NCBI GenBank assembly: GCA_024346625.1
Contig: AP024665.1
Location: forward strand, 1,612,001-1,676,000
DNA: 64,000 nucleotides
Reading direction: 5' to 3'
From: Williopsis jadinii
Taxonomy: Eukaryota
Numbering within the stretch: the stretch's first letter is position 1; each line of letters opens with the position of its first letter. Below are positions 23,529-33,952 of this stretch, piece after piece. Made by a program: the position numbers and the translations under genes. Under the pieces are notes generated by a model, which worked only from the letters and a program-made list of their open reading frames with translations, ran no database searches and was not told the DNA's origin.

Positions 23529-25631
23529 CTATATATCGCTGAGGTAGATATCGTTGTTTGAGAAGAGCGAGTCGAACACGAGTTGCTCTGCTGGCTGGAG
23601 GGTGAAGAGGTCGAAGCCCATGTCACTTAGCTGAGACTCAAGAACTGCGTTGAGGTCCTTAGTCAAGCCCTGTGTGACCTCTGCAATTCTCGTGGTTGTC
23701 GAATCCAGCTTGTACGATTGCATGAACTGTGAGATCATCGAGATGTAGACAAGTGTGGCCTCCTTGTCGAGCGTCACATGGGTTCCTTGGATGTCCAGAG
23801 GTATCTCCCATGTATCGTTGGAGCCGTTACAAAGGTATATGCAGAACAACGACAGGCAAAGCGAACTGATGTAACCAACCATACAGTCCTGAGATATGCC
23901 ACCGTTATGGAGGTCTAGAGACATGTGCAGCGTCGTATCCATTGTCTGTGCAATGATGACAGCACTCTGGAGTCCCATCTGGACGATACTCAGGAGAGTC
24001 TCGTCACTCAGGATCTTGTAATTATTCGTGGTGATGAACACGAGAAAGGGTAGTGTTAGTAGAGTCATATAATGGTGGTACAATATGCTCAATTTGAAGT
24101 CATACACAGTGACGATCTGTGACATTGGCTTGATGTTGATCTCGTAGTACAGATTGTTCAGTTGAGTCTTCAAGGCCAGCGTGCGCTCAATGTTTATCAA
24201 CGACAACGGTTGCTGGGCCGTCGCTACTCTTCTCTCCTTGATGATCTTGCTGAGGAATCTCGAGAGCTTCAGCGTTGATAAATAGTACTGTTTGAAGCCA
24301 TCTGAGACGGAGAGCTCATTGGTCAGGTCTGGATAGCCAATGGTAATCTCTTCTTCGTTTATAGTGCTCTGTCTTCCAAAATTGGAGCACAGTGACAGCT
24401 CTGTTTGATAAAGAGTCCAAAAGATCTGTGCATTGGTGTTGTCGTTGGCCATGTCTCTGTGCAGTCCTAGGGACATCGCCTGTCTTATTGCGAGCCCAAT
24501 CAGGTTCCATGAGGCATCCCTGTTCTTCTTCGAATGTAGATACGTTGCGTAGAGATAGAGGAACTGGATAGAGCTCGTAGATGCTCCCAACGTTGCATCT
24601 GGTAAGATCAAATGGAGCACTTCGTCGATCTCATCGCTCCGTTCCAACACAACATCGCACATCTTGCTTGCAATGGACCATACGAGGAAGATACACCCGC
24701 ACATTGGGTTATCCAGAGCCGTGTGGTCCATGGCTGGCTCATCAACAGTCAACTTCTGCCAAAACAGAGAATGCAGCCTGGAGAATGCCTCTCTCTGGAA
24801 AATGAAGTAGAAAGGGTGCACCTTGTCGAAGAACGTGTTGACCAGCTTCTCAGCTATCTCCCTGGACGATATCAGCTGGATCACGGGAAACGTCTTGTGG
24901 GACAGCAGCGACACTGAGACTGCTCTGTAGTCCTGGCTCCTGACAGCAGCGTTCTGGAAAAGCGTGATCTTGTTATCAAACGACAATGTCGGTATCAGCG
25001 ATCTCTTCAGCAGCAAGTTGCACAGCAGTGTGAACAACGATGGCGTACCACTCGAGCCAACGTAGTGCGAGCCGCCTGTGGAGTCGTAGACAACCGTTTC
25101 CCTGACGTTGGACTCCACTTTCAACCGCTCAACATGCTCTGCTGCTGCTGCTGCTGCTGCTGAGTGCTGGCCCTCAGCACTCGCAGAGGACTTCCTGCTC
25201 GCCTCCCTGGCGACACCGCTCACCTGTGGAGTGAACGGCTTCAGCACCTTCGCCTCAGCCTCCAGCAGCTTGGACTCGTCCACAACGTCGTCCATGTTGA
25301 TCCCCAGCTGCCGCCCCAGCGACATCAGCTCGCCAACGTCGTTGATGTCGATGTCAGGGTACAGCCCCTGTACCAGCGAGATCACCGTCTGATAGTGGAT
25401 GCCCAGGTTCTCAAACGACCCGTACACCCTGCGACGTCTCGGCTGCGACGTCAAGCACTCGACTCCGGCCTTCAGGCAGTTCCGGCACGGATGTGTCTTA
25501 TCATCAAGCTGATGCCCACCAGGTGGCACGATCCTGATACACTTGGTCTTCTTACTCTTGCACCTGTCACACGAGTACGCAGCGCGCTGTCGCTTGTCTG
25601 GAGCCACCACACGAGGCCGTCTGCTTGCCAT
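23529..25631 (-). CDS. Zn(II)2Cys6 transcription factor with fungal TF middle domain
   Basis: CDRCKSKKTKC...PCRNCLKAGVEC; YVGSSG, AIRQAMSLGLHR, FWTLY..FGR; acidic-hydrophobic C-terminus. Confidence 0.9.
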   Translation of the reverse strand: MASRRPRVVAPDKRQRAAYSCDRCKSKKTKCIRIVPPGGHQLDDKTHPCRNCLKAGVECLTSQPRRRRVYGSFENLGIHYQTVISLVQGLYPDIDINDVGELMSLGRQLGINMDDVVDESKLLEAEAKVLKPFTPQVSGVAREASRKSSASAEGQHSAAAAAAAEHVERLKVESNVRETVVYDSTGGSHYVGSSGTPSLFTLLCNLLLKRSLIPTLSFDNKITLFQNAAVRSQDYRAVSVSLLSHKTFPVIQLISSREIAEKLVNTFFDKVHPFYFIFQREAFSRLHSLFWQKLTVDEPAMDHTALDNPMCGCIFLVWSIASKMCDVVLERSDEIDEVLHLILPDATLGASTSSIQFLYLYATYLHSKKNRDASWNLIGLAIRQAMSLGLHRDMANDNTNAQIFWTLYQTELSLCSNFGRQSTINEEEITIGYPDLTNELSVSDGFKQYYLSTLKLSRFLSKIIKERRVATAQQPLSLINIERTLALKTQLNNLYYEINIKPMSQIVTVYDFKLSILYHHYMTLLTLPFLVFITTNNYKILSDETLLSIVQMGLQSAVIIAQTMDTTLHMSLDLHNGGISQDCMVGYISSLCLSLFCIYLCNGSNDTWEIPLDIQGTHVTLDKEATLVYISMISQFMQSYKLDSTTTRIAEVTQGLTKDLNAVLESQLSDMGFDLFTLQPAEQLVFDSLFSNNDIYLSDI

Positions 25632-25823
25632 TTGGAGCCCTCCTTGTGATGTCGTGTGCTCTACGCCCGCGCTAACCGCCGTGGGAAGAGTTTTGATGTT
25701 GTGTGCGGCGGATCACGCAATCTACGAAATGTAAACAAAGCATCAACACTCAACATCAACACTTCCACAACTGCTTGTTCTGCACCGATATCTACGCCAG
25801 AGAACAGTGGCGACCCTTGCTCG

Positions 25824-27044
25824 ATGGCTACAACCACTTCCTCTGTGATCAACCTCACCAAGACCATCATCGGTGCCGGTTTACTGGCGATTCCCTTTGC
25901 TTTCAGGGCGGACGGCATCGTCCTTGGGCTGCTGCTTGTGCTGCTTGCTGCCGTGACGTCGTGGTTTGGGCTGTTCATCATCTACAAGGTGTCTCACCAC
26001 GTTGAGGGCCAAGTGTCCTTCTTTGCGCTGTGTGCCATCACGTATCCGCAGCTGACGCTGCTGTTCGACTTCTCCATTGCTATCCAGTGCTTTGGCGTGG
26101 CGGTGAGCTACCTGGTGTTGTTTGGCGACTTGGTTCCGGGCCTCATTGGCGGAGCTTTGACCAGAAACCAGGTGATTCTGCTGTCGCTGTTGATCACGGT
26201 GCCGCTGATCTCCTTTCGAAAGCTGGACTCGCTGAAGTTCGGCTCCATCGTGGCTCTTGTTGCTATTGCGTTCTTGACGGTGCTCGTCGTGGCACACTCC
26301 GTTGCGGATGAGTACACTGATAGGGGCGAGGTGTTGGTCTGGGCGCCAGGGAGGCTCAGTGAGGTTATCTCGACCTTCAGCATCATCATCTTTGCCTTCA
26401 CGGCTGCTCAGAACATCTGTACGATCATCAACGAGATTGACGATAAGTCCAATACCAATCTTGTCATCGTTGCAGCCTGTGGCATCTCGTCCGTCTTGTT
26501 CTCCATGGTTGGCCTAGCAGGCTACTGGCAGTTCGGCTCCAACGTCCTGGGGAACGTCATGATGAACTATGACCCTGAACTGACCTCGACAAGGGTTGGT
26601 AAAGGTTCACTGACGCTCATGGTTGCGCTGTCGTACCCGTTGATGTTCCATCCTTGTAGAATATCCATCAACAACATGTGCTATTGGATTAGAAAGCACG
26701 GCTCAAAGCAAAACGAAGGAGAAGTTGGTCCGTTGTTACAGCACTCTGACGACTCGATCCATGAGCACATCCACGTTGAGGTTCCGTTCCCTACAAACGA
26801 CTTCTTCATCGTCTCGTTGGGCTTAACATTGGCAACTTATGGGCTGGCACTGAGCGTCACCTCTTTTGAACTGGTTCTTTCCCTAGTTGGAGCCACGGGC
26901 TCCACGTTGATCTGCTTCATCCTTCCTGGTCTCTTTGGTTATAAGCTGATGGAGACTGGAACCGGCCAGGTCTATTCCATTGCACTCACCGTGTTTGGAC
27001 TGGTGGTTATGGTTACATCTGTATTTGCAACGCTCTACTTCTGA
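25824..27044 (+). CDS. AVT7: Vacuolar amino-acid transporter (AVT5/6/7 group)
   Basis: ATTTSSVINLTKTIIGAGLLAIPFAF, AIQCFGVAVSYL, VGATGST.ICFILPGLF; near AIM19 as in S. cerevisiae. Confidence 0.8.
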   Translation: MATTTSSVINLTKTIIGAGLLAIPFAFRADGIVLGLLLVLLAAVTSWFGLFIIYKVSHHVEGQVSFFALCAITYPQLTLLFDFSIAIQCFGVAVSYLVLFGDLVPGLIGGALTRNQVILLSLLITVPLISFRKLDSLKFGSIVALVAIAFLTVLVVAHSVADEYTDRGEVLVWAPGRLSEVISTFSIIIFAFTAAQNICTIINEIDDKSNTNLVIVAACGISSVLFSMVGLAGYWQFGSNVLGNVMMNYDPELTSTRVGKGSLTLMVALSYPLMFHPCRISINNMCYWIRKHGSKQNEGEVGPLLQHSDDSIHEHIHVEVPFPTNDFFIVSLGLTLATYGLALSVTSFELVLSLVGATGSTLICFILPGLFGYKLMETGTGQVYSIALTVFGLVVMVTSVFATLYF

Positions 27045-27246
27045 GCAAGCTTTGAAGTCACTGCAAATGTATTTGTATTAAACTAATAATATGAGGAACA
27101 GAAAAATAAATATCCCAGTTGGTGCTTGATGCTCTTTAGCTCCTGTTGCTTCTTCTTCTCTCTCTTTTCTTTCTTCTCTTCTTCTCTCTCTTTTCTCTTC
27201 TCTCCCACATACTTGTGAAAGTAATAGACCCCTGCCATTGCACCAC

Positions 27247-28425
27247 TCAGTCATCCTCATCATCGCTTCTCACGTCTTCAGCATTGGAGCCTGTGACAAC
27301 CTTAACGAGCACTTTGACGATGAGGTACATCCAAATTATAGTGATGATTTGCAGCCCACCCAGTAAAGATAGGAAGACCGTGATGACGTTATCTGTCCAA
27401 CATCTTTTCTGATGATTAATTCCTTCTATAGATAAACACTTCCCACTAGCCATTAAGGACTTTGCCCTGGTTGCCGCATGCCAAAATAGGTAGTTGTATA
27501 GCCCATGTCTCAGTACTATCCATACAACAACAAACAGCCCAAAGAGTACGTCACACATTGTTTGGAACCCGCAGTATCTTAGTATCTTTGCGCTTGATAG
27601 GAAGATATCGACAACGTCCATGATGGACAAGATGACATGGCCAATCTTGGTGAAGTAATAGTAGTACGAGCCTCCTAGAAGCAAGCACGTAATGATATGA
27701 TGGCTGAACATCTGGTAATGATCCTTCCGTCTCGCTTCAATGTTCAATATGAAGATCTGCTGTAGCCAGCATGACATCTCCAAAAGGTAGTAGCTCTTGA
27801 ACAACGCAGACATGTGATCGTGCGGCCATGCAATGTACAGATTGTCCAAGTTATTGTAATAATCAGAATGATAATACAATATGTATAGTCCCGCACTGAA
27901 CGAGATTGAGTAGTAGATCAGGTACCAACCCTGCTCCATAAACCTCTGCGTTGCACGGTGTTTATGTATGCCGACAGCCTTCGCCAGTGGCCTCAGCAGA
28001 TAGTTCATCGACACTGCACGGATGAAGGTCACCAGGAACATCCCGGTGAGGATGAAGAAGCAGTCGTTGACGCCAATATCATACTGGTCTGTTCCTGGGT
28101 AACGGTGTTGTAAGTGAAGGAACTTCCCCGTGTACGGTCTCATCTGCGGCAGAAACCTATCCATGCAGTAAACGCTCGTCAGGAAGAAGAGTGATATCTC
28201 CATCTGGTATCTATCCAGGCTGTTGATCTCATTCAGCCTGGGAGAATGACCACCGTGATGGGACTCGAGCTTATCGGCATCGACATCGGGCTTATCAGCC
28301 ACAAGCTGTGTCGTCAGCACTGACGAGTCGTACTCAGCTTTCTCGTCCATGTCCGAGCACGACGACGTCGACGACGTCTCGGACGAGCCTCTGAGCGAGG
28401 TCTCAAGCGCCTCCACCTTCTCCAT
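27247..28425 (-). CDS. LAC1: Ceramide synthase (Lag1 family), likely the glucosylceramide-type Bar1/Lac1 clade
   Basis: Lag1 motif RRKDHYQMFSHHIIT..MDVVDIFLSSAK, RFMEQGW, C-terminal EDVRSDDEDD; first ATG 28425. Confidence 0.8.
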   Translation of the reverse strand: MEKVEALETSLRGSSETSSTSSCSDMDEKAEYDSSVLTTQLVADKPDVDADKLESHHGGHSPRLNEINSLDRYQMEISLFFLTSVYCMDRFLPQMRPYTGKFLHLQHRYPGTDQYDIGVNDCFFILTGMFLVTFIRAVSMNYLLRPLAKAVGIHKHRATQRFMEQGWYLIYYSISFSAGLYILYYHSDYYNNLDNLYIAWPHDHMSALFKSYYLLEMSCWLQQIFILNIEARRKDHYQMFSHHIITCLLLGGSYYYYFTKIGHVILSIMDVVDIFLSSAKILRYCGFQTMCDVLFGLFVVVWIVLRHGLYNYLFWHAATRAKSLMASGKCLSIEGINHQKRCWTDNVITVFLSLLGGLQIITIIWMYLIVKVLVKVVTGSNAEDVRSDDEDD

Positions 28426-28961
28426 GGCTCCTGTGCTTATGAGTTCGTCTTCACGGCCAAAACAACACCAGCTACTGCTCTCTGGCACGTTGTCGAAAAC
28501 AGCTGGAAGAATGTAACGAGTGGAATGAAAGCAGCACAGTGATCGCACGCTCGGTCTCTCTGCCTGTCTCCTGGTGCAAGTTGTGTTCAAAACACGCTGA
28601 TCAAAGCCTTCTGGTCCCACCAAAACGTGTTCAGAAGAGATTTTACACGGACGCCCTGCTGACGTGAACGTAGAAGAAATTTTCCTGAAGGCAGTGCGAA
28701 TGAAAACAACCCGCTGGGAAAAAATGCTCTCTGCCTACGTTTGTTTACATTCTCTGCCTAGGCGGGATTTCACTCTGCGTACGGCTCAGGCGTGCCTGGC
28801 GCGCCTGGCGTTTGCTCTCTGCCTGGGACCCAATGGGGAAGCGCTACGCTGTTAAGGCGGTTACCCTACTGTGTGATTTGCCTAGTGACAGTATATATAT
28901 AGAGGTATATATACACCATCAATTGGTGCGATAGTGGGTCGAGAGAGCCTGAAAGAGAGCT

Positions 28962-30035
28962 TCATCTGTTCAGAAGAACAAGCTCGAGGGACTTCTTGCA
29001 CTTGGCCTCGTCGTAGCTCTCCCACACCTCGTATAGGGTGACCATCTCTTGGACTGCTTCTATCACTTCCTCCAGGTCGATGTTGGAGTAGCCCAGGAAC
29101 TGGATGAATACCCTGAGCCCTTCGTTCTGCGCTCCATGGTGTGCTGACGATGGTGCTGCTCCGCCGGTGATGGTGCTGCTGGCAGCATTGTTGGCTGGGT
29201 TGGTGGCATGGGCCGTGCTGTTGGTCGTGCTATTGGCTGTGCTGTTGGTGGTGGTGCTCGTCGACGCACTCGTCGTGCCATTGGCAGTGATGCTCGCTTG
29301 GTGTGACACCGACGACGATATGCTCTCGTTGTGGAGATGTGTGATGTGGTTGTACTTCAGCACCAGCGTTAGATATACCGACGCCGCAGACACTATATGT
29401 GGTGGGTATAGCAGTGGTAGATCAGTAACGTACGAATCGTTTATAACAGACCAGCTAGACTGTAATTCCTCTGGTGACAAGTTCCATTGTGTCGAAGACC
29501 CTGCTTGTCTCTGGTTATACTCCAGGAGCACCTCGTTTATGATCATCAGCGACCTGTAAGGGTGATGGACAATGAGATACGTATCCATCTCCTCAATGAG
29601 GTAGAACTCAAACTCCGCAACCTTCGAAATATCCTGTGATATGTACTCCGGCCACAGGTTCCTGGCCTCAGACACAATCGTCCTTATATGCTGTGGGCAT
29701 TCTTCAATCTTGCAAGCCAGGTAGATGCATGTCGTTATCAACAGATAAAGGTTCACCTCTTTCAAACAGCACCTCGTGAAGAACCGCATCAGATAAACCT
29801 CCGCTGTGGACAGCGCAACCTGTCGTACGTTCAGCCGTCTACCAAGCTTATTCACCAAGCTGTGGATATAGATCCTCATGTGAAGGTCGTAAGCGATCTC
29901 ATGGCTCTTTGATATCATTCCTGACTCCTCCATCGTCTTCTCCAGCAGTTTCAGCTCTCTTCTTGCATCCTCCAGCGACTCTCGCGTGAACTTCCAGTGC
30001 AGCCTCTGTGACGAGTTCCAATAGTTAGCGGACAT
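28962..30035 (-). CDS. SSN8: Cyclin C, Mediator kinase module
   Basis: MSANYWNSSQR, YLACKIEECPQHIR, EFEFYLIEEM..VHHPY. Confidence 0.95.
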   Translation of the reverse strand: MSANYWNSSQRLHWKFTRESLEDARRELKLLEKTMEESGMISKSHEIAYDLHMRIYIHSLVNKLGRRLNVRQVALSTAEVYLMRFFTRCCLKEVNLYLLITTCIYLACKIEECPQHIRTIVSEARNLWPEYISQDISKVAEFEFYLIEEMDTYLIVHHPYRSLMIINEVLLEYNQRQAGSSTQWNLSPEELQSSWSVINDSYVTDLPLLYPPHIVSAASVYLTLVLKYNHITHLHNESISSSVSHQASITANGTTSASTSTTTNSTANSTTNSTAHATNPANNAASSTITGGAAPSSAHHGAQNEGLRVFIQFLGYSNIDLEEVIEAVQEMVTLYEVWESYDEAKCKKSLELVLLNR

Positions 30036-30338
30036 CCTGCTGATTCCTCTGTATCGCTGCAACACAATTGGATATACAGTGGTTGTGTATATACAAAGCA
30101 AGAGCATTCACCGCCAAAATATACCGTTTGCCCTAAAAAAAAACCCCGGGAGTTCACGGAGTAAATCCCGACATCCGTACACCCAAACACCCGCACACCA
30201 CTACACCCGCACACCAACAGCATAGCCTCGTGGCTCCGATGCCTAAAAAAAATTTTTCACTCACTTTGTCTCCTCTCATCTTCCCTCTTCCCACCTGAAC
30301 TATGGCTCGTGGACAAAGAATTGTTACTTTCGAAGCTT

Positions 30339-30870
30339 TCAAAAGGAATCCTTTGATTCATCATTAGCTTTGGGGAAAGTCTCCCACCCAACATTCACGG
30401 AAATCGTAGTGGTGTTTCTTCCTAATGGTGAACCAACCCACTGGAATTGATGTCTGCTTCTGTTGATCTCTGCTCCAGAGGACCTTCTCGCTCTGTCTAT
30501 GAGTGCCTGTGGCTGGTGCGTTAACCTCTTGAGGAAGGTCTATGAAGCTCTCAGGTGCTGCTTATGTGTTTCTCTGATGAAGATTTGTATGGCGAGACGT
30601 GTATGTGATGCCTTCTGGGTTATGCTCCTAGTATTGAGCCTCTTGTTGAATCCTTCAAATGACTCTTGGAACATCGCAATCTCGTCCTTGGTTCCGTACT
30701 CGTCCGATATCTTGAACATGGCACTTGAGAGTCTTTTCTCTTCTCTAATTGGGCATCTCTTCATGGGCTCTCTAGGGGTGAGGATGCTCCTTCTGGACAG
30801 GGGTTTACTGCTGCGTCGTTCCTGGTTATCATTCATCTTCTTGGTGGATTGAATATCATTTATGATATAT
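30339..30870 (-). pseudogene. Possible decayed or orphan reading frame
   Basis: 98-aa ORF 30540..30836 continues for ~66 more sense codons past a single TAG; no family recognised. Confidence 0.2.
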
Positions 30871-31324
30871 CTTCGGTATTCGGGGCTCTTAGCCTAGACG
30901 ATAGTTATAACAATTGATCATCTTCTTTGATGATTAACCCAATGGAGCTTACTCTTGTCACACCACGAGCCACCCCCTTCTCTCTTCCAAGTCTGTTCAG
31001 TTTACAAGGCGTCTCTTGTGGAGCTGTTGCACAGTCAAATGTGCCGGACTTCATGCTACTAACCAATCCAACTCCTCTTGGATATTCATATTGATAGGAC
31101 CTTAAGTGTTCAAATGCTTCTTTTTAAATGATGAGATACCAACGCAACATAGAGTCAAGCTCAGAGTACAAAAAGTACTGGGACGAGACTTGCATTCATA
31201 TTTTCTGACTAAAGAGAAGTAGAATGTCTTTGATGTCTCTACAAGTGGTTATACAGGCGTATAACTTGGATATCCATATAGATTAGAATTGTGTTATGTA
31301 GATATGTATGTACAGCTCTGTTAT

Positions 31325-32206
31325 TTACCAACCTCTTGATGATAACTTCTCGTTATCTTTCAATTGATCAATGGCGACACCAAACATCAACTCACCCAAA
31401 TCTGTAGAGTATTCGAGCAGCTTTTCAGGGTCGTTATAATGGGTCACTGCATTGACAATGGCTGTTGCCAACTTCTCTGGGTTCTTTGACTTGAAGATGC
31501 CTGAACCAACAAAGACACCATCACAGCCCAATTGCATACACAGAGCAGCATCTGCAGGTGTGGCAACACCACCAGCTGCAAAGTTAACCACTGGTAGTTT
31601 GCCTCCATTGGCTTGCAGCTCTTTCAACGATTCGACAGAGATTCTCTCCTGTTTAGCAAACTGCTGCAACTCTTCATCATTCATCTGGAGAACTTTGGCA
31701 ATCTGTTCCTTGATAAGTGTTAAATGGCCAACAGCAGAAGAGATGTCACCAGTGCCAGCCTCGCCTTTGGATCTGATCATTGATGCACCTTCCTGGATTC
31801 TTCTCAACGCTTCACCGAGGTTCTTTGCTCCACATACAAATGGGATTTTGAATGCAGTCTTTTCAATGTGGTACTTCTTGTCTGCCGGTGTCAACACTTC
31901 AGACTCATCGATGTAGTCGATGCCAATGGCCTGAAGTATTTGGGCCTCGACGAAATGTCCAATACGGCACTTGGCCATGACCGGGATGGAGACTTCCTCC
32001 ATGATCTCCTTGATGAGCTTTGGATCACTCATACGACACACTTGACCAGAAGCTCTCATATCAGCTGGAATTCTCTCCAGCGCCATAACGGCACAGGCAC
32101 CGGCTCGTTCAGCAATCTTTGCCTGCTCGGCATTGACGACATCCATGATGACACCGCCTTTGAGCATTTGGGCAAGCCCCTTGTTCAACTTGAGTTCATT
32201 AGACAT
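31325..32206 (-). CDS. SNZ1: Pyridoxal-5'-phosphate synthase subunit (PdxS)
   Basis: [41 protein letters not shown]; first ATG 32206. Confidence 0.97.
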   Translation of the reverse strand: MSNELKLNKGLAQMLKGGVIMDVVNAEQAKIAERAGACAVMALERIPADMRASGQVCRMSDPKLIKEIMEEVSIPVMAKCRIGHFVEAQILQAIGIDYIDESEVLTPADKKYHIEKTAFKIPFVCGAKNLGEALRRIQEGASMIRSKGEAGTGDISSAVGHLTLIKEQIAKVLQMNDEELQQFAKQERISVESLKELQANGGKLPVVNFAAGGVATPADAALCMQLGCDGVFVGSGIFKSKNPEKLATAIVNAVTHYNDPEKLLEYSTDLGELMFGVAIDQLKDNEKLSSRGW

Positions 32207-32530
32207 CTTGGTTTCACGCACTTGGTCTATCGCTTACTGCTTCAAATCCAAGGCTTGAAACGGCAAGAAGTCCATGATGTGGATTTTATACAGTTGGAAT
32301 CCACCTACCCTTTTATACAGACCCGCAGCAGAACACCACGACCACCAGTTAGTGCAATGACTAATATAACGGTATGCACAGTTGGATAAACCAAGAGATT
32401 GCACTGCACAACAGCCAATTACAGTCCAAGCGTTGAGCAACTTTCACAAACAGTTGGGCAGAGTTACACCTGGCAAGGCCCAACGTGGCATGTGAAAACC
32501 ATCTCTTAAAGGTATATTCAGATAGAGCAA

Positions 32531-32734
32531 ATGAGTCATAACCGTGCCCCTATTCAAAATGACTTCTCATGACTTCTCTTTATGCATTTGTATGGATGCT
32601 TTGACTGATTTGATTCATTTTATCCTTTAACCTTTGTGGGTGCAGCATCGAGGCTTTCGTAAACATGCGCCTTGCATGTGACTCGGTCCCAAGCGCGCTT
32701 GGTTTCCACGGTTCCGGGTTGAGTCATCTGACTC
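32531..32734. promoter_or_regulatory. Gcn4-type TGACTC sites in the SNZ/SNO divergent promoter
   Basis: ATGAGTCAT 32531-32539, TGACTC 32679-32684, TGAGTCA 32720-32726, TGACTC 32729-32734. Confidence 0.7.
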
Positions 32735-32867
32735 GGTTCTGTACGTTATATGCGGATAGCCAGAACCATCAGTGGTCTCTTTCAAGGTCTCTTTCGAGAT
32801 CTCTTTTGTTTGAATTGATCTGCTTTGGAAGGTATTCACACCCAGGACGCAGTCGGAGAGTGGCCAC

Positions 32868-33581
32868 ATGACCATCAAGCAGTACACCGTTGGTGTGTTA
32901 TCCTTGCAAGGAGCGTTCAAGGAGCACATCGACCTCTTCAAGCTTGCGACTGAGAGCCAGCATGAGAAGTTCCACTTCTTGGAGGTCAAGACTCCACAGC
33001 AGCTGTTGCGATGCGACGCTCTTGTCATTCCAGGAGGTGAGAGCACCTCCATGTCGCTGATCGCAGAGAGAACGAAGATGATACAGCCACTGGTGGATTT
33101 CATCCACTCCGGGAAGCCTCTCTGGGGTACATGTGCCGGGTTGATCTTCCTGTCTAGAGAGATTGTCAATGGGCGTCCGAATCAAAAGGCCCTTGGAGCC
33201 ATTGATATCCAGGTCAAGCGAAACGCCTTTGGAAGACAGCTGAACTCGTTTGAGTCGATGCTGGACTTCAGTGGGTTCATCGAAGCCGTCGATCAGTTCC
33301 CAGCCATCTTCATCAGAGCACCGGTCATTTCCAAAGTCTTGCCCACGGAATATAACGAGGAGTACATCACCATGAAGCTGGTGGACGACCAATCTCCAAT
33401 CATCAGGAGCGAGAACGAGTCTGTGAACAAGTCAAAAGTGGAACTTCTGTACACGTTGGACAATGGTCTGGTTGTTGCGGCTAGACAGGGAAACGTCCTG
33501 GTAACGTCGTTCCATCCAGAGCTAAGTGACGATTGTAGATTCCACAGATGGTTCATCCAAGAGTTTGTTGCCAGTACATAG
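32868..33581 (+). CDS. SNO1: PLP synthase glutaminase subunit (PdxT)
   Basis: GVLSLQGAFKEH, IPGGEST, WGTCAG, RNAFGRQ, FIRAP, SFHPEL. Confidence 0.96.
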   Translation: MTIKQYTVGVLSLQGAFKEHIDLFKLATESQHEKFHFLEVKTPQQLLRCDALVIPGGESTSMSLIAERTKMIQPLVDFIHSGKPLWGTCAGLIFLSREIVNGRPNQKALGAIDIQVKRNAFGRQLNSFESMLDFSGFIEAVDQFPAIFIRAPVISKVLPTEYNEEYITMKLVDDQSPIIRSENESVNKSKVELLYTLDNGLVVAARQGNVLVTSFHPELSDDCRFHRWFIQEFVAST

Positions 33582-33952
33582 ATCTTCAATGTCTACATCA
33601 CAGGTACAATTGCAATGATAATATATAGTAGTAGAAGTAGTGGCAGTAATAGTGTACACATGAAAAAACCAAACCAGCATGTGGAAACCACGAGGCAGAA
33701 CAAAGTAAAAGAAAACACATACACACACACAGAACAACAAGAGGACAAGAGAAGCACAACGTGGGGTTAACCAATGAGAGAAGACGGGTGAGATGAGATG
33801 AGATAGCAAAGAATTGAAGAATGAATGGCTTGATTAAAACATGACTTGACTTTGAGTGTGGAGGAAACAATGCAAAACACATGACAATCGTACAACATGA
33901 TCAACCTCAGGAGTCTAAAATTTAATAAAGTTAGATTTATTTAGAAAGGATC

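Noticed and set aside
31058..31064. Isolated TACTAAC as evidence of a hidden spliced gene
   Set aside because: No matching consensus donor or coherent exon frame nearby.
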